Shown one piece after another: positions 25,896 through 32,000 of a stretch of 32,000 nucleotides of DNA. Where the stretch lies: NCBI RefSeq assembly GCF_013372265.1, contig NZ_CP054051.1:1790596-1822595 (forward strand), written 5' to 3'. The notes below the pieces were generated by a model. That model ran no database searches. It saw only the letters and a program-made list of their open reading frames with translations, and was not told where the DNA came from. Positions within the stretch are counted from its first letter, which is position 1, and every line of letters begins with the position of its first letter. The translations under genes were made by a program, and so were the position numbers. The stretch is from Aliarcobacter cibarius (GTDB lineage Bacteria > Campylobacterota > Campylobacteria > Campylobacterales > Arcobacteraceae).

Positions 25896-26572
25896 TGTAT
25901 AAATTTATACCCCATACCTCTGATTGTATGAAGATAATTTGGTTCTCTTGGATTATCTTCAATTTTATGTCTAATTCTATTTATGATAACGGCTAAAGAA
26001 CCACTACTTTCATAATCACTATTTAGAATATCAGAGTTTTCAAAAATATCTTCTCTACTTACTATAAATCCTTCTCTTTTTATAAAAAGACTCAATATTT
26101 CAAACTCTGCAGCTGTTAACTTCAAGTAGACACCATCTTTTTTAATCTCTTTTTTCTCTTCATCTAAAACAAAAGTTTTTTTCACATTTAACTCTTCTTT
26201 TTCCAATGATTTATTAAATCTTCGCAAAATTGTTCTTATTCTTATCTCTAATTCTCTTGGATCATAAGGTTTTGGTAAATAGTCATCAGCTCCCAATTTC
26301 AAAGCTGTAACCTTATCAGTTATATCACTTCTTGCACTAGAAATAATTATTGGGATATTAAATTTTTCCACAATCTCTTTACAAACATCTAATCCATCCA
26401 TTCCTGGAAGAGTCAAATCTAAAATTATTAAATCAAATTTCTGTAATTTTAAACTAGAAAGAGCCAAAAATGGCTCTTCATAATTTGTAACTTCAATATT
26501 AAATTGTTTTAGATACAAGGATAAAACCTCTGCTAATTCTAAATCATCTTCTATCATTGCAATTTTTATCAA
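25892..26572 (-). CDS. OmpR/PhoB-family response regulator
   Basis: Receiver domain (MIEDD, ILDLTLPGMDG, SARSD, PKPY) plus a winged-helix output domain (LTAAEFEILSLF ... YLHTIRGMGYKF). TTG start with AAGGAG 5 nt upstream. Confidence 0.9.
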   Translation of the reverse strand: MIKIAMIEDDLELAEVLSLYLKQFNIEVTNYEEPFLALSSLKLQKFDLIILDLTLPGMDGLDVCKEIVEKFNIPIIISSARSDITDKVTALKLGADDYLPKPYDPRELEIRIRTILRRFNKSLEKEELNVKKTFVLDEEKKEIKKDGVYLKLTAAEFEILSLFIKREGFIVSREDIFENSDILNSDYESSGSLAVIINRIRHKIEDNPREPNYLHTIRGMGYKFIQ

Positions 26573-26600
26573 AGTTACTCCTTTTCTTTAATTTTAATTA

Positions 26601-27050
26601 TTAGTCTTCAAATCTTTGTTTCATTTTTTCTTTTCTTAAATCAAGCAGAGTTCTTAACTGCTCTTTTTGTTTTGTATCTAAAATTTTATACGCTTTATCT
26701 ATTACATCTGCATGTAACTCTTGAGTTTTCTCTCTTTTGTCTTTCATAATTTTTGTAAACTTATCTTTATCAAAGCTGTCTTTTGTAAATGCATCACAAG
26801 GAAACTCCTGATTTTTTCTACTTTCTTTGATTATTTCATCAATTTTTGTTTTTTGTTCAGCTGTTAAATTTAACTCATAAAACATACCTAAAATACCATT
26901 TTGGTGTTTCGACATTTTTTTACCATCTTTTTGATTCATAGGACAGTTTTGATTATCTTTTCTAAAATCACAATTTCCTCCAACTTGTTGTGCATACAAA
27001 CCACTCACTAATATTGATGCCAATGTTAAACTTGATACGATTTTTTTCAT
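26601..27050 (-). CDS. Periplasmic Spy/CpxP/ZraP-family (LTxxQ) protein
   Basis: Signal peptide. Helical charged protein with LTAEQKTKI (LTxxQ) and a second LDTKQKEQL repeat. It is the first gene upstream of a two-component pair, as for cpxP and zraP. Confidence 0.6.
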   Translation of the reverse strand: MKKIVSSLTLASILVSGLYAQQVGGNCDFRKDNQNCPMNQKDGKKMSKHQNGILGMFYELNLTAEQKTKIDEIIKESRKNQEFPCDAFTKDSFDKDKFTKIMKDKREKTQELHADVIDKAYKILDTKQKEQLRTLLDLRKEKMKQRFED

Positions 27051-27196
27051 CTCTAATCCTTTTTTTTGATATATGGAATTATTACATAATTAATTTAACC
27101 ATATTTAAATTCTATCTTAACACAATATTAATGATTATATAAAGTCCTAATTTCTATTTAGATAAAATGTATTAATTAAAATAAAATGGAAATAAA

Positions 27197-29311
27197 TTGA
27201 AATTATCAAAATTTATCGCAAGATTCATACTTATTACTGCTTTTTCATCGGTTATATTAGCCTTCTTAGTATCTATCATTTTTCAGTATATAAATTTCAA
27301 AAGTGATTTGGCTCACTTAAGAGATGAGTTAACTGAGCAGAAAAAAAGAGAAGTAAAAAATGAAGTAAATATGCTTCATGGTTTAATAAAATATAAAGAA
27401 GAACTTCTAAAAAAAACTGTTCAAAATAGGCTAAAAGATAGGGTTAATCAAGCTTATACTTTAGCTATGAATATTTATGAATTAAATAAAAAAATAAAAA
27501 CAGAAGATGAAATAAAATATTTAATTGCCAATGCTTTAAAAAATTTTAGATTTGAAAATGATGATAGCTACTTTTTTATAAATAGTAATAAAGGCCAAAG
27601 TATTTTATATTCAGAACAAGTAACACTTGATAAGTATATTGATATTTGGGATTTAAAAGATTTAAATGGCAAACCTATTATACAAATTCAATCAAAAATA
27701 GCAACAGAACAAAAAGAGGGATTTTCAATAAATAGTTTTACAAAGCCGAATTCACAAAATCAAACTCAATTTTTAAAATTATCTTTTATAAAACTTTTTG
27801 AGCCTTATGATTGGCATATTGGAATGGGTGAATATTTAGATGATTTAAGAAACAAGAATCAAGAAGAACTACTAAGCTGGATAGGAACTTTAGAAAATGA
27901 AAATAGTAATTATACTTTTATTAATTCAATAGATGGTCTTTCTTTGGTTTTTGAAGGTAATAAACTAGAAAAACCAAAAAAACATCCTTCTCCTGAACTA
28001 TTTATCAAACAATTAGAAATTTCAAAAAACAGTGAAGGAGATTTTTTTGAATATAAATTTAAAAAACCAAATAGTAGTGAAGAGTTTGAAAAAATATCAT
28101 TTGTAAAACAGTTCGAAGAATATGGCTGGATAATTGGATGTGGGGTATATTTAGATGAAATTGAGGCTGAAATAAAAAGAAAAGAAGCAATTTTTGAAGA
28201 GAATATAAAAAATCAAATAGCATCAATGGTTGTAATATTTATACTTATTTTAATGATTATCTATTTTTTATCTATAAAAATTTCAGATTTTATTAACAAC
28301 AACATAAAAAATTTAATCCAAGCTTTTAGAAAAGCATCTACTGAAAATAAAAAAATAAATACAGATGAATTAACATATAAAGAGTTTGTGCTTCTTGCAA
28401 ATAATTTAAATAAAGCACTTGAAGATAAAAATATTATTGAAAAAGAGCTACAAGATTATATAAGAATAGTTAATCAAAATGTAATTATTTCATCTACAAA
28501 TAAAGATGGGCTTATAACTGATATAAGTGAAGCTTTCTGTGAAATATCTGGATATAAAAAATATGAACTTCTTGGGAAAACTCATAAATTAGTAAGACAT
28601 CCTGATACATCGATTGATTTTTATAAAAATATGTGGGATACACTTTTACAAGGTAAAGAATGGAAGGGTGAAATCAAAAATCTTACAAAAAATGGTGATA
28701 CTTACTGGGTATATGCAATAATTACTCCAATTATAAAAGATGATATAATCAAAGGTTTTACAGCAATTAGGTCAAATATTACTGATAAAAAACATATAGA
28801 ACATCTTTCAATAACAGATGAATTAACAAAACTTTATAATAGAAGATTTTTCAATTTAAAAATTGAGGAAGAGATAAATAGAGCCAAAAGAGAAGACAAA
28901 TCTCTTTGTTTAATGATTTTAGATATTGACTATTTCAAACAATATAATGATACTTATGGACATCAAAAAGGTGATTTTGTACTACAAAAAGTAGCTGAAG
29001 TATTAAAAAATAGTACAAATAGAGCTAGTGACTTTGCTTTTAGAGTCGGTGGAGAAGAGTTTGCTATTGTTACTATATTAAAAAAAGATAAAGTATTAAA
29101 CTACGCAAAAGCAATAAAAGAGAGTATTTATAATCTAAAAATAGAACACTCAAATAGCTTGGTTTCAAACTATATAACTTGTTCTATTGGAATAAGCTGC
29201 AAAATGGCAAAAGATATAAAAAATAGTGATGAAATTTATAAAGAAGCAGATGACAACCTTTATGAAGCAAAAAATATTGGTAGAAATTCTATACATGTGA
29301 ATGAAAAATGA
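27197..29311 (+). CDS. Membrane diguanylate cyclase: tandem Cache-like periplasmic domain, PAS, GGDEF
   Basis: An N-terminal TM and a second TM near residue 340. Two Cache-type blocks end in YDWHIGMGEYLDD and YGWIIGCGVYLDE. PAS domain (VRHPDTSIDFYKNMW..WKGEIKN..GDTYW). Active-site GGEEF with an RxxD I-site (RASD) exactly 5 residues upstream. TTG start at 27197, because the upstream ATG at 27185 hits a stop after 4 codons. Confidence 0.9.
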   Translation: MKLSKFIARFILITAFSSVILAFLVSIIFQYINFKSDLAHLRDELTEQKKREVKNEVNMLHGLIKYKEELLKKTVQNRLKDRVNQAYTLAMNIYELNKKIKTEDEIKYLIANALKNFRFENDDSYFFINSNKGQSILYSEQVTLDKYIDIWDLKDLNGKPIIQIQSKIATEQKEGFSINSFTKPNSQNQTQFLKLSFIKLFEPYDWHIGMGEYLDDLRNKNQEELLSWIGTLENENSNYTFINSIDGLSLVFEGNKLEKPKKHPSPELFIKQLEISKNSEGDFFEYKFKKPNSSEEFEKISFVKQFEEYGWIIGCGVYLDEIEAEIKRKEAIFEENIKNQIASMVVIFILILMIIYFLSIKISDFINNNIKNLIQAFRKASTENKKINTDELTYKEFVLLANNLNKALEDKNIIEKELQDYIRIVNQNVIISSTNKDGLITDISEAFCEISGYKKYELLGKTHKLVRHPDTSIDFYKNMWDTLLQGKEWKGEIKNLTKNGDTYWVYAIITPIIKDDIIKGFTAIRSNITDKKHIEHLSITDELTKLYNRRFFNLKIEEEINRAKREDKSLCLMILDIDYFKQYNDTYGHQKGDFVLQKVAEVLKNSTNRASDFAFRVGGEEFAIVTILKKDKVLNYAKAIKESIYNLKIEHSNSLVSNYITCSIGISCKMAKDIKNSDEIYKEADDNLYEAKNIGRNSIHVNEK

Positions 29312-30252
29312 ATTTAAAAATAGGAACTTTTAATCTCTTTCAATTTTGTTCACCTTCTTTTTCTTTTTATACAAAAAAAGAGAAATTTTCAAAAGAAGAT
29401 TTCCAAGAGAAGAAAAGTTGGATAAAAGAACAAATATTAAAAATGAATTGTGATTTTATAGGTTTTCAAGAAGTTTTTTCTCAAGATGAATTAAAAGATT
29501 TAGTTTTAGAGTGTGGATTTAAAGAGTTTATTGTGGTTGATGAACCAAAATTAGATGATAAAAATCAAGTTTTTAAAACTACAACCATTGGATTTGCAAG
29601 TAAATTTCCTATAAAACAAGTAGAAAAAGTTTCAAGAGCTGATAATTTTACTTTTGCAAGAGAACCTATAAAAGCTATTATCTCTTTAGAAAATGATTTA
29701 AATCTAACTATTTATGTGGCTCATTTAAAATCAAATAGATTAAATGAGTTTGAATATAAATTTACACAAAACAGTACCTTTGAAGAAAAAATAGAGAAGT
29801 TTCATATAGCTCAAAAAAACAACTATTCTCTCTCTCTTAAACAAAGAATAGATGAAGCAAAAACTCTACACTTTGATATAAAAAGAGAAAAAAATCCCTC
29901 TATTTTAGTTTGTGATTTAAATGACAAAGAGTTTTCAATAACTATTGAAGCTTTAACAAATAAGAGATTTTATATTAAAGATTTAAAAAAAGATGATTAT
30001 ATTCTTTTTGATAGCTACTATTTAGCCCCAAAAGAGATCTACAATCCACATCCTGAAGCTAAAGAGATAAAAAGAACACCTACAAGCTATTTTGTAGGAT
30101 ATGGAAATACTCTTGATTTTATTTTTGTGTCAAAAAATTTAAAAAATAGTATCAAAAAATATAAAGTCTTTGATGAACATTTACAAAAAAACAAAAATGG
30201 AAGTTTAAAACAAAGTGACCATGCTCAAGTTATTTGTGAAATAGAGATTTAA
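29308..30252 (+). CDS. Endonuclease/exonuclease/phosphatase (EEP) family protein
   Basis: N-terminal IGTFNL, FIGFQEV, VAHLKS, and the C-terminal TLDFIFVS ... SDHAQV typical of the EEP fold. The start overlaps the cyclase stop (ATGA). No signal peptide. Confidence 0.8.
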   Translation: MNLKIGTFNLFQFCSPSFSFYTKKEKFSKEDFQEKKSWIKEQILKMNCDFIGFQEVFSQDELKDLVLECGFKEFIVVDEPKLDDKNQVFKTTTIGFASKFPIKQVEKVSRADNFTFAREPIKAIISLENDLNLTIYVAHLKSNRLNEFEYKFTQNSTFEEKIEKFHIAQKNNYSLSLKQRIDEAKTLHFDIKREKNPSILVCDLNDKEFSITIEALTNKRFYIKDLKKDDYILFDSYYLAPKEIYNPHPEAKEIKRTPTSYFVGYGNTLDFIFVSKNLKNSIKKYKVFDEHLQKNKNGSLKQSDHAQVICEIEI

Positions 30253-30264
30253 TATCTCTTTTTA
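30243..30264 (+). terminator. Weak hairpin plus T-tract at the convergent EEP/tamB gene ends
   Basis: AGAGAT (30243-30248) / ATCTCT (30254-30259) with a 5-nt loop, followed by TTTTT. It is short, AT-rich, and overlaps both stop codons. Confidence 0.3.
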
Positions 30265-32000
30265 TATATCAAATCTATACTTTGTGTTTTTTCTTCAAAA
30301 CCTAACTCTAAATTCCATAATTTTGTAAGTTCTCTCATAAAAACAAGTTGTCCACTTTGAGCTTTATTTTTTAATACAATTTTATTTTTTTCTCCAATAT
30401 TCTTTCCAACATGAGTTTCAATATACTGTGTTGTAGGGTCATATTGAAAATATATACTATCAACTCCTAGCTCTTTTGCATAATCTTTTGAAAGTTCATT
30501 TAATAAAAACAATGAAGCTTGTGATTGCTTACTTTGAGCGCTATTTGTAGTATTTGAAAAACTCGTTCCAAAAATTAAATAGGATAAAATATCTTTATAA
30601 TTCATAACTGGATTTGAATTTAAATTAATTCTAGGATTATTTAGCGTACCACTAATTAAAATAAAAATATCTACATCTTCCACTTTTGTTGAAGCTTTGA
30701 TATCTAAAATTGGATTGATTGGATCCAATCCTCTAAAATAAACACTTGAACTTTCTATTTTATATGTTTTACCTAATTCTGTAAAAGTTCCAGCTACATC
30801 GTGAACTGAACCATAAAGTCTAACACCTTTTGAAAATTCTTTCTTTATATTTAATACAGTTTTTGCTTTTAAATCAATATTCTTTACATTGTATTTTATA
30901 TCATCAGCAAATATTATAAGTTCTAAAGCGATATTTTCTGTAAAATAGTCTTTTTTAATAAGACTACTATCTTTTGAAACAATAATAATATCTTTATCTT
31001 TACTAATACTCATAGCTGGGATATTATAAATTGCTTTTAAATTATTTGTTTTTATATCACCTTGTACAAAAATTTTATTCTCTTTGTCTATATTTATATT
31101 CAAATTTGAATTTAGAATACCATTTCCATATGAAGCATGTCCAATAGATAAATTATTTATATTTATAGAAAGAGTAATATTTTCATCATTTTTTAAAGTT
31201 TTTACAAAAATATTATCAAAATTAAAATTTCCATTAAAATCTTCTATATTGAAAAAAGCTTCATTTAAAAGTGAGAATCTTTTTTGTAATTTCATATCAT
31301 AAATTGTATCTATATCAAAATTTAATTTATCAAAATATACTATTTTATTTTTCAATTCTCCTTTTATATCTATATTTTCAATTTTTTCATTTTCTAATTT
31401 TATTTTCGGGCTATTAAATCTGAAATTTAAATTTTCTAAAGATTTTGAATTAAGTTCTAAATTAGCATTTACCAAACCTTCAAGTCCCAACTTTGGTATT
31501 TCTAAAATTTTGTTCAGTTCTTTTTCTAAATCTTTTAACTCTTTTATATTCGCATTTATTTTTATAAAGTCACCAATTTTTCCCATATTTACTAAGAAAG
31601 AACTGTTTTTTATAGTTGATTTAAAATTTTCCTTATTTGTTACAAAATTAGCATCCAGAAAAAAAGAATCATTTAAAACTAAATTTGCATCAAAAAATAG
31701 ATTATTTTCATATTCACCTTTTATTTTTCCTCTAAATTTTGAGATATTTATACTCTTATCAAAATCATAAAATTGCTTTGGATTTAAATCATTTATATTT
31801 AAATCAAAAATAAATTTCTTTAAATTAGGACTTTTAAGAGATAAATTTGCTATTTTAGAGTTTAAATTTACACTCAAAGAGTATCTTTTATAAAAGCTAT
31901 CTATAGTTATATTTTCTAAAGATTTTAAATTATAATTTTCATAATTTAAGTTTTGAACTATAGATTTTACACTTAAAGATAAATCTTCAATTTTGTCAAA
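30249..32000 (-). CDS. tamB: Translocation and assembly module protein TamB (C-terminal part; N-terminus is beyond the right edge)
   Basis: C-terminal DUF490 block (DPINPILDIKASTKVEDVDIFILISGTLNNPRINLNSNPVMNYKDILSYLIFGTS ... LELGF). Upstream are N/K-rich beta repeats. The supposed start at 31877 is a TTG, and by hand translation the frame stays open to base 32000, so the gene is truncated by the window. Confidence 0.8.
   Translation of the reverse strand, partial: FDKIEDLSLSVKSIVQNLNYENYNLKSLENITIDSFYKRYSLSVNLNSKIANLSLKSPNLKKFIFDLNINDLNPKQFYDFDKSINISKFRGKIKGEYENNLFFDANLVLNDSFFLDANFVTNKENFKSTIKNSSFLVNMGKIGDFIKINANIKELKDLEKELNKILEIPKLGLEGLVNANLELNSKSLENLNFRFNSPKIKLENEKIENIDIKGELKNKIVYFDKLNFDIDTIYDMKLQKRFSLLNEAFFNIEDFNGNFNFDNIFVKTLKNDENITLSININNLSIGHASYGNGILNSNLNINIDKENKIFVQGDIKTNNLKAIYNIPAMSISKDKDIIIVSKDSSLIKKDYFTENIALELIIFADDIKYNVKNIDLKAKTVLNIKKEFSKGVRLYGSVHDVAGTFTELGKTYKIESSSVYFRGLDPINPILDIKASTKVEDVDIFILISGTLNNPRINLNSNPVMNYKDILSYLIFGTSFSNTTNSAQSKQSQASLFLLNELSKDYAKELGVDSIYFQYDPTTQYIETHVGKNIGEKNKIVLKNKAQSGQLVFMRELTKLWNLELGFEEKTQSIDLIYKKRY

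Noticed and set aside
27105-27139. Direct repeat TTAACCATATT / TTAACACAATATT, spaced 22 bp apart in the divergent region upstream of the LTxxQ gene, considered as OmpR-type regulator binding sites.
   Set aside because: The motif is short, imperfect and in almost pure A/T sequence. The chance expectation is high and there is no third copy or comparative support.
20560-28800. High similarity between the PAS domains of the 625-aa pseudo-kinase and the 704-aa cyclase (RHPD..FYKN.W....W.GEIKN..K.G.TYW), considered as evidence for recent domain shuffling.
   Set aside because: This PAS subtype is widespread in sensor proteins. By-eye identity is only moderate, and the DNA sequences are not near-identical. 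It more likely reflects family conservation than a recent duplication.
1-32000. Scan for CRISPR arrays, IS elements or transposase genes, rRNA, toxin-antitoxin pairs and known anti-phage defence genes.
   Set aside because: I saw no regularly spaced direct repeats, terminal inverted repeats with a transposase ORF, rRNA-like sequence or recognisable defence domains. The only mobile-element trace is the integrase fragment reported above.

Overview
This is a strongly AT-rich chromosomal segment. Several things point to a Campylobacterota genome, plausibly Arcobacter/Aliarcobacter-like, though this is inference and no search was run: K/N/I/F-rich proteins, a stand-alone atpE, a TlpD-like CZB chemoreceptor, and many PAS/Cache sensors. 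Nearly all of the window is coding.

Gene content, left to right:
- Partial GNAT acetyltransferase.
- Divergent znuA and a Fur-family (Zur-like) regulator, with nhaA overlapping the regulator's 3' end.
- Five tightly coupled minus-strand genes behind a Fur-box-like palindrome: imelysin, DUF1111 di-haem protein, imelysin-like protein, fatty-acid-hydroxylase-family membrane enzyme, di-haem cytochrome c peroxidase.
- An AsmA-like membrane protein.
- atpE, a terminator and tRNA-Leu(GAG).
- A short accessory-looking stretch. It holds an integrase N-terminal remnant fused in frame to a histidine-kinase ATPase fragment, then small uncharacterised membrane genes and an HTH gene.
- proA.
- A GH17 glucanase domain fused to a polytopic membrane domain.
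- A long minus-strand run of signalling genes: Spy/CpxP-like protein, OmpR-type regulator, kinase, HI0933-type flavoprotein, cytoplasmic CZB chemoreceptor, CheY-like receiver, kinase with a degenerate ATPase domain, dual-PAS kinase, YmdB-like phosphoesterase.
- A Cache-PAS-GGDEF cyclase translationally coupled to an EEP-family hydrolase.
- The C-terminal part of TamB, which runs off the right edge.

I saw no CRISPR array, rRNA, intact mobile element or recognisable defence system.

The most unusual items:
1. The chemoreceptor/receiver/pseudo-kinase/kinase operon, which has no CheA or CheW.
2. The Fur-box-fronted imelysin/DUF1111 operon, extended by two extra redox enzymes.
3. The integrase::kinase scar next to the tRNA.
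4. A flavoprotein gene whose Rossmann motif starts right after the in-frame stop of the upstream kinase gene and has no canonical start codon.

All family assignments rest on motifs read by eye from the supplied translations. None has been checked by HMM or BLAST.
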